Shown here piece after piece: positions 32,474 through 39,914 of a stretch of 58,905 nt of DNA. How positions within the stretch are numbered: the first letter of the stretch is position 1; the number at the start of each line of letters is the position of its first letter. This DNA comes from Thermoplasmatota archaeon (GTDB taxonomy: Archaea > Thermoplasmatota > JAKEGO01 > JANQNJ01), in contig JANQNJ010000002.1 in NCBI GenBank assembly GCA_028279645.1, positions 1 through 58,905 of the forward strand. The letters run 5' to 3'. The position numbers and the translations under genes were made by a program. The notes beneath the pieces were generated by a model. That model was not told the origin of the DNA and searched no databases. It saw only the letters and a program-made list of their open reading frames with translations.

Positions 32474-32594
32474 TGGTGCAGGGGGAGGGATTCGAACCCA
32501 CGAACCACTTCTGGACAGGATGGCTCATCAGGACCCCGCGACCGGAAACCCGATCTTAAGTCCTGCGCCGTTGGCCAAGCTTGGCTACCCCTGC
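32474..32594 (-). tRNA. tRNA-Leu (anticodon UAA), class II with long variable arm, genomically encoded CCA, 33-nt intron at canonical 37/38 position
   Basis: Minus strand: GCAGGGG-TA-GCCAAGCTTGGCCAACGGC-G-CAGGA-CTTAAG[intron]A-TCCTG-TCCAGAAGTGGTTC-GTGGG-TTCGAAT-CCCTC-CCCCTGC-A-CCA. The 7-bp acceptor and 5-bp anticodon stems pair perfectly. The T stem has one U-U mismatch. The variable arm CCA/GAAG/TGG is like other archaeal tRNA-Leu. Confidence 0.9.
32522..32554 (-). other. tRNA intron with bulge-helix-bulge (hBHBh') splicing motif
   Basis: Intron ATCGGGTTTCCGGTCGCGGGGTCCTGATGAGCC. The central 4-bp helix pairs C32-U33-U34-A35 with intron UGAG. The 3-nt bulges A36-G37|A and C-C|A38 each carry a splice site after their second nucleotide. 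Inner 5-bp helix UCGGG/CCUGA. Confidence 0.85.
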
Positions 32595-32700
32595 ACGCCT
32601 TCGTTGTCTGCAATATTATTACGTTTATAAATCACGTGCGGTGCCGGCCGCAGCCTGGCACCGGATATTTAAATCGAGGATTCAGAGGTTCTAGAGCAGT

Positions 32701-33282
32701 CTAATCCTTCGGTATCGCCCTCAACACAAGCTCCTTCTCCCCCGGCCCTCCCTTCTCGTCGACCCTGACCAGGCACTTCACGTCGATGCCCGTGGTCTCC
32801 ATGACCCGCTGGCGGCCGCGGCCCTTGTCGACGACCATGAGCGTGTCCACGATCTCGACGTTCATGTTGTTTAGAGCGTCGATCAGCGCTATCAGGGTGC
32901 CGCCGGTACTGACTATGTCGTCGATTATGGCGACCTTCATTCCAGGCTGTAATCCGTTGATATACAGTGTGGACTCGGAATATCCGGTCCTCTGGGTCAC
33001 CATTACCTCGCCCTTCAGGCCGTAGCTGCGCTTTCGAACGGTCGTGAACGGAATGCCGGTCTCGGCGGACAAAGCGGTCGCCAGCGGTATGCCCATGGAC
33101 TCGACGGTCACGATACGGTCCACATCGAGGTCCATGCGGCCCATCGCCTCGCTGACGATCTCCTTGATTATGTCCGGCTGGAGCATCGGAACCCCGTCGG
33201 TGATCGGGAATACGTAGTAGTTGTAATTGCCCATCTCGACGATGGGCGCGTTCTTCATCTCATCGATAAGTCGCTCGAGCAA
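32701..33282 (-). CDS. purine phosphoribosyltransferase (archaeal HGPRT/adenine PRT-like)
   Basis: MLERLIDEMKNAPIVEMGNYNYYVFPITDGVP... and the PRPP loop KVAIIDDIVSTGGT. A TTG start at 33282 gives the family-typical N-terminus. Confidence 0.8.
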   Translation of the reverse strand: MLERLIDEMKNAPIVEMGNYNYYVFPITDGVPMLQPDIIKEIVSEAMGRMDLDVDRIVTVESMGIPLATALSAETGIPFTTVRKRSYGLKGEVMVTQRTGYSESTLYINGLQPGMKVAIIDDIVSTGGTLIALIDALNNMNVEIVDTLMVVDKGRGRQRVMETTGIDVKCLVRVDEKGGPGEKELVLRAIPKD

Positions 33283-33317
33283 TTATCGCACCGGAACGAA
33301 CAACGTCGATACGGCAT

Positions 33318-34514
33318 TTATTCTTTACTGATTCCATCGCCGTTCCCGGCAGTATCCGTCCGTTGCCGTGTCATGAACATGAAGAGGATGACCATAGCCG
33401 CGGACGCGGTCAATGCGAAGGGCGTATTGATGCCGAGACGGTCCGCCACGGCCCCCCCGACGGTTATGAACGCAACCCCCCCGGCGAGCTGCGCGGTGAA
33501 GGCGTAGGCGAAGTGCTTCGTATGCTCGCCTTCCCCCGCCCCCTCCGATATCTCGGAAAACATTATGGGATAGGTTATGAAAAGCGAGACCCCGAGCAGG
33601 GCCGCTATTGGATACAATGCAACGTCAAGCCCCTTGGGGAGGGCAAAAAGGAGGACACCGGACAGGATCATGCCGCTGTAGCAGAGGGTGAATAACCGTC
33701 CCCTCTCGATGTGCTTCCGGACCCGGCTGTACATGAACGTCGCGAAGGTACCGGTACCGTACCAGACAGCGAGAATGATGCCTATGGTCCCCTCGTTCAG
33801 ATCGAAGGTGTCCGTGAAGTGGAGCGGTCCGAAGCTTGCAAAGGTGCCCCATGTCGCGCCCGAGACGATCATCGGGCCGATCATAGCGCGGAATCCGGCC
33901 CCGGCCGGTCTCCCATCCTCCCCTTTTACTGCTCCTTTCATGCTCGGCCTGTTGAGCTCGCCGTAGCTCCGCTCGAAGACGATCAGGCCGATCAGGATCA
34001 ACGGAATGGCGATCGCGCCCCAGAACGTCAATGGGGCTCTCCAGCCCCAGGCGAATGCCATGTAGCCGGTCACCATCACCGATATGAACAGTGCCAGATC
34101 GGCGGATGCGCTCTGGATGCTCATCGCTTTCTCCATCGTTGTGCCTTTGTACAGCCTCGAGACCCAGCCGATCCCTACAGGATGGTATACGCTTGCGCCG
34201 AACCTCAGCAAGCAGTATGCCAGCATCAGCTGCCAGAAGACGGTGCTGAACGTCATCGCCAGAATCGATATCGCAAGAAGGAGCACTCCTGCACCTATCA
34301 GGCGGCCCGGGGCGTGATAATCGCCCTTCCGCCCCATGAAAAGCTGTCCTCCGAGGGTGATGGAGAGCCCGATCCCGGTCAAAATGCCGATCTGGGTGTA
34401 GTTGAGATCGTACTCGTCCCTGATCAGGGGCATGACCACCGGTATCGCCGCCAGACAGGCGTCGTTGATGGCATGGTGGACCGATATCGTCGCCAGGACC
34501 CCGGAATGCTTCAC
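33318..34514 (-). CDS. major facilitator superfamily (MFS) transporter
   Basis: 398 aa, about 12 TM helices, loop motif FMGRKGDY... between TM2 and TM3, two-fold internal symmetry. Confidence 0.8.
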   Translation of the reverse strand: MKHSGVLATISVHHAINDACLAAIPVVMPLIRDEYDLNYTQIGILTGIGLSITLGGQLFMGRKGDYHAPGRLIGAGVLLLAISILAMTFSTVFWQLMLAYCLLRFGASVYHPVGIGWVSRLYKGTTMEKAMSIQSASADLALFISVMVTGYMAFAWGWRAPLTFWGAIAIPLILIGLIVFERSYGELNRPSMKGAVKGEDGRPAGAGFRAMIGPMIVSGATWGTFASFGPLHFTDTFDLNEGTIGIILAVWYGTGTFATFMYSRVRKHIERGRLFTLCYSGMILSGVLLFALPKGLDVALYPIAALLGVSLFITYPIMFSEISEGAGEGEHTKHFAYAFTAQLAGGVAFITVGGAVADRLGINTPFALTASAAMVILFMFMTRQRTDTAGNGDGISKE

Positions 34515-34597
34515 ACGGATGAATCAGCGACCTGGATTAAAATCTATTGATGGCGAAAGAGGCCGGATCCGTGGAGTTCTCAATGCCTCGATCATGA

Positions 34598-35194
34598 TCA
34601 TTTCTTCTTGAATCGCGGCAGGAACCTATACCTGGACCACTTCCGGATCGGTCTCGGCTGGACTATGGAAACGTCGGAGGAGATCGATCTGACATCCTCT
34701 AGCGTGTAGAACGCCTTTGGATTGTACCTCTTGATGTCCTTGACCACCTCTGGCACATCCTTCCTCTTCAATGGAAGATATATGATATTTATAGGGCCGT
34801 CGTCGCTGAAACCGTCGACCATGGTGAATTTCCTGCCGGATCTACGGAAGTACTGCTTGAGCTCTACCGCCTGAATGCGCGTTATCACCCGAAGGAGCAC
34901 GTATCCTAACGAAATCCGCTCCTCCAGGATGATCCCGACGTAGTTGCCGATGGCGAAACCGAGGCCGTAGGCGACGTAGTTCACGGCGTTGGTCAGGTTG
35001 TTCATGATCTGCCCGATGGCGACGAGCCAGATGATGACCTCGAAGAAGCCCAGGGCCGGGGCCATGTACTTGAGTCCTCTGGAAACGAAGATTATGCGAA
35101 GCGTCCCGATGGAAACATCCAGTATCCTGGCCAGGCAGATCAGGACCGGTATGCCCACGGTCGCGAACATCTCTGAGTCGGTGAATCCGGACAT
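34598..35194 (-). CDS. UPF0316-family membrane protein (DUF5698 + DUF2179)
   Basis: ARILDVSIGTLRIIFVSRGLKYMAPALGFFEVIIWLVAI...YGLGFAIGNYVGIILEERI followed by a soluble C-terminal domain. Pattern recalled from UPF0316 proteins. Confidence 0.7.
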   Translation of the reverse strand: MSGFTDSEMFATVGIPVLICLARILDVSIGTLRIIFVSRGLKYMAPALGFFEVIIWLVAIGQIMNNLTNAVNYVAYGLGFAIGNYVGIILEERISLGYVLLRVITRIQAVELKQYFRRSGRKFTMVDGFSDDGPINIIYLPLKRKDVPEVVKDIKRYNPKAFYTLEDVRSISSDVSIVQPRPIRKWSRYRFLPRFKKK

Positions 35195-35573
35195 TGCGCC
35201 ATACTCCTCTCTTGCTTCGCCCTCAAAAATCCTCTGGTATATATAACTAGCTGTGAAAGTGACGGAGATCGCCCTTATTAAGTTGATAACTGAACACCGA
35301 AGGTCATTGTGTGGGGGTGAAGGTGGGGCCTGACATCCGTTCCTATCCTTTATTCAATTAATACCAAAGATAGGTCCATTCTGAATTTACTTTATTAATT
35401 AATCAGAGTATAGATGGTTCACCTGTAATTCTTTGGTTATACCCTGGTGCTAACCTGGCAGTCTATATATAGTCTGCATGGCATCTTTGCATTGCGAAAG
35501 GAGCAGGAACTATCCCGAGAGGGCTAGAACTGTTCACTTTCGGCGAGCAATCGCGAATCAGGAGGAAAAGAAA

Positions 35574-36332
35574 ATGTGGCAGAAGTTAGCGGCAATGGCC
35601 CTCGTGGTCACTATGCTGACAACGCTGGCATACAGCACATCCGCGGAAATGGCTGCACCCACGGTGGATTTCAGTCAGACACCGACGGAACAAGCGGACT
35701 GGGTTTTCATCGCAGCAGCGCTGCACGACCCTGTGAACTATATGGACGACCCTGATTATCAGGAGGCCATGGCCCTGCACGACTACTTCTTGGGTCTCGG
35801 TTTCGATGAGGAGCATATCATCCTTCTCGTCGACTACGACACCATGAACCCCATAGTCGACGGCGCGGCCACCAAGGGCAACATCTTTGCGGCCCTTGAT
35901 TTCCTGGCTACCGTGTCCACCTCGGACAGTTTCCTATTCATTGGGATCCTGAACCTTGGACATGAGAGCGGGGACGGCTTCTGGGTCCAGCTGAGCGACG
36001 AACCTCTGTACGACTGCGATCTGGATACGAAGCTGGACGCACTGACGTACGACGAGATGGTCGTTACGCTGGTCTTCAGGTACTCTGGCGGGTTCCTGCC
36101 AGAGATCGGCCAGAGCGGCAGGCTCTGCATTGCGAGCTGTAAGAACAACATCGACGTGGATACCGACTTCAGGCTGTCCAACGCCCTTACCAACCCCAAC
36201 GCGGATTGGAACGGCAACGGCAGGATCTCCTTCGAGGAGGCCTTTTGGGACCAGTGGTCCTGGGCGAACTGGGAGTACAACCCCACCGCCAAGGACAAGA
36301 TCTGGGGCTCGGTCTACGCACCAGGCGCTTGA
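35574..36332 (+). CDS. secreted legumain/caspase-fold (peptidase C13-like, clan CD) paralog 1, type A; nucleophile Cys replaced by Tyr; C-terminal EF-hand loop
   Basis: AGGAGG Shine-Dalgarno 8 nt before ATG 35574. Signal peptide MWQKLAAMALVVTMLTTLAYSTSAE. Motif order follows legumain: DWVFIAAAL / DPDYQEAMALHDYFLGLGFDEEHIILLVDYD / NPIVDG / ATKGNIFAALDFL / SFLFIGILNLGHE (His-Gly) / VVTLVFRYSGGF (Cys position) / LCIASC. Also DWNGNGRISFEE and a C-terminus ending VYAPGA*. Confidence 0.8.
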   Translation: MWQKLAAMALVVTMLTTLAYSTSAEMAAPTVDFSQTPTEQADWVFIAAALHDPVNYMDDPDYQEAMALHDYFLGLGFDEEHIILLVDYDTMNPIVDGAATKGNIFAALDFLATVSTSDSFLFIGILNLGHESGDGFWVQLSDEPLYDCDLDTKLDALTYDEMVVTLVFRYSGGFLPEIGQSGRLCIASCKNNIDVDTDFRLSNALTNPNADWNGNGRISFEEAFWDQWSWANWEYNPTAKDKIWGSVYAPGA

Positions 36333-36557
36333 TCGCGTCAATAATGGAGAAAAAGGGAAAAATGGCTTGAAATGAGAAAGAACATTCGCCTTTCATGGAT
36401 TCTGGCCGATAATTGGTGGCGCGGAGACGGCGGCGCGGGGCGGCGGTTCGGAAGGTCACCGGTGGAAAAGGGGTCGTGGGTAAGGACCAACGGCGGCCGA
36501 GGATAATGATTGCGAGAAAGCACCAAGGGGTGCGAAAAGCCTGATTCGCTAAAGATT

Positions 36558-36575
36558 GGGGGGCGCAAGCCCCCC
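36558..36575 (+). other. 7-bp G/C hairpin with GCAA (GNRA) tetraloop in spacer 1
   Basis: ggggggc-gcaa-gcccccc, about 226 nt downstream of the paralog-1 stop. Function unknown. Confidence 0.5.
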
Positions 36576-36737
36576 GGTCTTTACCCCCCCGGCGGATCAG
36601 GCGCGGAATGCCTAGGGGTATCACAGATAGCACACTTGCAGTTAAAGCTCTAAAAATAAAAAAAGGCGATAAGGTTGCCTCCTTCTATCGTCTACGCCTC
36701 TGAGAGAGTTTTACCCCAATACAGCGAGCACATCTTC

Positions 36738-36803
36738 GCCGGCCCGGTCTGCCTCCCGGGCCGGCTTTAGCCCCCCTCGGACCCTGCCTAGGTCCGGGGG
36801 GCT
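36738..36803 (+). other. two adjacent strong GC hairpins in spacer 1
   Basis: gccggcccgg-tctgcctc-ccgggccggc is a perfect 10-bp stem (36738-36765). It is followed by agcccccc..ggacc-ctgccta-ggtcc-ggggggct (36769-36803), then tatatataa. Confidence 0.5.
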
Positions 36804-36928
36804 GTGCCTTCTATATATAATTAAAGTAACAAATAGATACGTCTGTCATCGGCGGGATCCCGGGCGTCGATCGAGTGGTTTTTTGACCGCAGGTAGAGCC
36901 GAATGTACCGGCCGAGGGTGGTTTTCAT

Positions 36929-36982
36929 TGGTTATTTGGGTTATAACCATCGATCTATCGTTATAACCAAATTCGGGTTATA
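36929..36982. promoter_or_regulatory. cluster of GGTTATAACC palindromes / GGTTAT half-sites upstream of paralog 2
   Basis: cattGGTTATttgGGTTATAACCatcgatctatcGTTATAACCaaattcgGGTTATAtac. Perfect 10-bp palindrome at 36939-36948, about 140-190 nt upstream of ATG 37119. Confidence 0.4.
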
Positions 36983-37118
36983 TACTTCGAACGCGTCGTT
37001 CTTTTTCCTACGAGGTAGAAAAGCTTCGTAGGGACCTTGAGATATCAAGGGCTCGCCGCCGGATTAGGCGCCGGCGGTCAATAGGTGACGAAAATAGATA
37101 GAAGGAGGCAAGAACAAG

Positions 37119-37895
37119 ATGTGGAAAAAGGCTGTAAGTATGGGCTTTGTCGCTATGCTGATGATGACGCTTTTCACGGGTGTCACAGGCGACATGGCCG
37201 CGCCGACCGTAGATTATAGCGGTTACAACACCGCACAGGCCGATTGGGTCCTGATCGCCGCTGCACTGCACGACGAGGCAGGGTTCTTCAACGATCCGGA
37301 CTACCAGGAGGCAATTGCTCTGCACGACTATTTTGCGAGCATAGGCTTTGATGAGGAACATATCATCCTGCTCGTGGACTTCGATCTGGCAAACCCGATC
37401 GTTGACGGACCGGCGACCAAGGGAGATATCTATCACGCCCTTGACTTCCTCGCCACCGTGACGACCCCCGACAGCTTCGTGTTCGTCGGGATCCTCGATC
37501 TCGGCCATGAGAACATGCAGGGATACTATGTCGAGCTGAACGACGAGCCGCTCTACGATCACGAGCTGGACGCCAAGCTCGATATGCTTCAGTATGAGGA
37601 TCTCGTTGTGGACCTGGTCTTCAGGCACGCCGCCGGCTTCTTCGACTACATCGCGGAGGATGGCAGGCTCTGCTTCGGATCGACCAAGGACAACAAGGAC
37701 CTGGACGTACCGTTCCATATCTCCATTGGTCTTCAGGACATGGAGGCCGACCAGGAGTTCGGCAACGGCAACGGCAGGATCGCCTTCGAGGAGGCTTACA
37801 AGTACGAGAAGGATCGCTTGAGAGACATCGACGATTCCTTCAAGCCCAAGAAGGACGACGAGATATCCGGAAAGGTTTACGCCCCCGGAGTATAA
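37119..37895 (+). CDS. secreted legumain/caspase-fold paralog 2, type B; Cys position is His
   Basis: GAAGGAGG Shine-Dalgarno. Signal peptide MWKKAVSMGFVAMLMMTLFTGVTGD. Same motif order as paralog 1 with LDLGHE retained and LVFRHAAGFF at the Cys position. FGNGNGRIAFEE loop; ends VYAPGV*. Confidence 0.8.
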   Translation: MWKKAVSMGFVAMLMMTLFTGVTGDMAAPTVDYSGYNTAQADWVLIAAALHDEAGFFNDPDYQEAIALHDYFASIGFDEEHIILLVDFDLANPIVDGPATKGDIYHALDFLATVTTPDSFVFVGILDLGHENMQGYYVELNDEPLYDHELDAKLDMLQYEDLVVDLVFRHAAGFFDYIAEDGRLCFGSTKDNKDLDVPFHISIGLQDMEADQEFGNGNGRIAFEEAYKYEKDRLRDIDDSFKPKKDDEISGKVYAPGV

Positions 37896-38104
37896 ATCTA
37901 AAGGGACTACAACCGTAGGTCGACGGTTGAAAGGTCTTTGACTGCCATGCGCCCCCCGCTCGCAGGCAACAGTGGGTCTCCCACCCTGCTGTTGAACTGT
38001 ATGTTCGAGCCTTAGACATGTTCTGCGGGCGATCAGGGGTTTAAGTCGTGGCATTAAGGCCTTTGACCGCATCTTGCGAAGTCTCTTTTTCGTGAGGGGG
38101 GCCT

Positions 38105-38150
38105 TGCGGGCGCTTCGGCGCCTGCGGGTCCTTTTTCTTTTTTTCTTTTT
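38105..38150 (+). terminator. hairpin with UUCG tetraloop followed by long T-rich run
   Basis: tgcgggcgc-ttcg-gcgcctgcg (9 bp including 2 G-U), then ggtcc-TTTTT-c-TTTTTTT-c-TTTTT. About 210 nt downstream of the paralog-2 stop. Confidence 0.45.
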
Positions 38151-38506
38151 CATTTATCATCCCTAGCTTTGAGCTTTTTACGTCGGGTTCTTTCGTTATT
38201 GTTCTGATACCGGAACGATATCGATGGTTTTCGCTGGAGAAGCCCTTGGGATCTTTTCACCGGAATTAGGCCTTTGGGCGGCTCCTGATTTAACTTATCA
38301 CGACAAGATATTGGCTCTCAATATTCGTGATCTCAGGGGAAAGATCGGCCGAGATCCCGATGTGTCCGGGTGTGCGCCGACCCTGGTGTGAGAGTGGTTA
38401 CATTGGTGCACCAATGTAGGCGATCTCGTGAAAATGCTACTTTCGTGAAATGCCCCTTTAATTGCCATTTTCAGCATCTACAGCCGAAAAACGCCTGATG
38501 GTTGTC

Positions 38507-38553
38507 TTGGTTATAACCATCGATTTTCAAAACACCCCCAATGTTATAACCAA
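38507..38553. promoter_or_regulatory. GGTTATAACC palindrome pair upstream of paralog 3
   Basis: cttGGTTATAACCatcgattttcaaaacacccccaatGTTATAACCaaa. Same TTGGTTATAACCATCGAT core as upstream of paralog 2, about 140-180 nt before ATG 38691. Confidence 0.4.
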
Positions 38554-38690
38554 AGAGGGTTCAAATACTTTCGAGCCGAGTATCAATGTGAGTCTCGGGT
38601 TGAGATTCCGTGACAATGGTGGAAGATAAGGGGCCTGCACCGACGGGGTGCAGCATCAGAGGCGTAGAATCATAGAAGGAGGCACCAAGA

Positions 38691-39467
38691 ATGTGGAAGA
38701 AAATAGCTGTCATGACCTTTTCGGTGATGATGGTACTGACGCTCTTCTCGGGCGTGACCGCCGAGATAGCAGCGCCGACGGTAGACTATAGTGTGTATAA
38801 CACGGCAGAGGCCGATTGGGTCCTGATCGCCGCTGCCCTGCATGACGAGGCAGGGTTCTTCGATGATCCGGACTACCAGGAGGCAATTGCCCTGCACGAC
38901 TACTTTGTTAGTATTGGGATAGATGAAGAACATATCATAACTCTGATCGATTTCGATCTGGCCAACCCGATCGTGGACGGACCTGCGACGAAGGGAGACA
39001 TATATGCCGCTCTCGACTTCCTCGCCACCGTGACGACCCCGAACAGCTTCGTGTTCGTCGGGATCCTCGATCTTGGCCACGAGAACGAGCAGGGATACTA
39101 TGTCGAGCTGAACGACGAGCCGCTCTACGATCACGAGCTGGACGCCAAGCTTGACATGCTACAGTACGAGGATCTCGTCGTGGACCTTGTCTTCAGGCAC
39201 GCAGCCGGCTTCTTCGACTACATATCGGAGGATGGCAGGCTCTGCTTCGGATCGACCAAGGACAACAAGGACCTGGACGTACCGTTCCATATCTCCATAG
39301 GTCTTCAGGACATGGAGGCCGACCAGGAGTTCGGCAACGGCAACGGCAGGATCGCCTTCGAAGAGGCTTACAAGTACGAGAAGGATCGCCTGAGAGACAT
39401 CGACGATTCCTTCAAGCCCAAGAAGGACGACGAGATATCCGGTAAGGTGTACGCCCCCGGAGTCTGA
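38691..39467 (+). CDS. secreted legumain/caspase-fold paralog 3, type B'
   Basis: GAAGGAGG Shine-Dalgarno. Signal peptide MWKKIAVMTFSVMMVLTLFSGVTAE. Same length as paralog 2, with a near-identical 3' two-thirds. Confidence 0.8.
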   Translation: MWKKIAVMTFSVMMVLTLFSGVTAEIAAPTVDYSVYNTAEADWVLIAAALHDEAGFFDDPDYQEAIALHDYFVSIGIDEEHIITLIDFDLANPIVDGPATKGDIYAALDFLATVTTPNSFVFVGILDLGHENEQGYYVELNDEPLYDHELDAKLDMLQYEDLVVDLVFRHAAGFFDYISEDGRLCFGSTKDNKDLDVPFHISIGLQDMEADQEFGNGNGRIAFEEAYKYEKDRLRDIDDSFKPKKDDEISGKVYAPGV

Positions 39468-39736
39468 ACGATCAAATACGGCCGGCCATAAGGAGTAAAT
39501 GGCAGAAAGGGGAGTGCTCGCCCCTGTTGTCACCGAGGCCCTTATGGCCGTCCGGCGAGGTGCAATCGCATCGCATACATCCCCGTTGATCCTCATCAGG
39601 ATCAATCCGATGGGCTCTTTCCCCCCGTCGCCCATCGATCCGGAAAGCATGCCGCTTTGAATAAGGGATCCCCAAGGCGGGGATGTGTGTACAGTTCCGC
39701 ATTCAGTTAGGACTGCCTCCTGCTGACTTGTTGGAG

Positions 39737-39788
39737 CCGGCTGAGCGGGTGGGTAAAAAAGGCGCCCGCTCAGCCCGGGGATTTTTTT
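39737..39788 (+). terminator. long GC hairpin followed by T7
   Basis: ccggctgagcggg-(15 nt)-cccgctcagcccgg, then gg-a-TTTTTTT. About 270 nt downstream of the paralog-3 stop. Confidence 0.45.
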
Positions 39789-39854
39789 ATTTAGACGCCG
39801 AGGAGAGCATGCTCGCCGCTCCTCGATCACATAACGCTCAATAGATGGGGTCTT

Positions 39855-39914
39855 GAGGGGCCGCGCGGTAGGGGAAAGACGCGCGGTCCCCTCTCTTTTT
39901 GTTTCTTTGTTTTG
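39855..39914 (+). terminator. 13-bp GC hairpin (one bulge) followed by T-rich run
   Basis: gaggggccgcgcg-gtaggggaaaga-cgcgcggtcccctc, then tcTTTTTgTTTcTTTgTTTTg. Confidence 0.45.

Noticed and set aside
32474-32594. Alternative tRNA model using the first TCCTG (inside the intron) as the anticodon-stem 3' strand
   Set aside because: It would require a 20-nt intron plus a 27-nt variable region, which is too long. It also gives no bulge-helix-bulge, whereas the 33-nt intron model gives a canonical hBHBh' and a normal 14-nt variable arm.
36372-36506. 44-aa ORF in spacer 1 (MRKNIRLSWILADNWWRGDGGAGRRFGRSPVEKGSWVRTNGGRG)
   Set aside because: Gly/Arg/Trp-rich, with no convincing Shine-Dalgarno and no counterpart in spacers 2 or 3. 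Likely a chance ORF.
37008-38153. 381-aa minus-strand track ORF beginning MKKKKRKRTRRRR...
   Set aside because: It is antisense to paralog 2, and its poly-Lys/Arg head is just the complement of the T-rich terminator tract at 38132-38150. Composition is Arg/Val/Leu-rich, typical of shadow frames in GC-rich DNA. The plus-strand gene has a Shine-Dalgarno site, a signal peptide and three paralogs.
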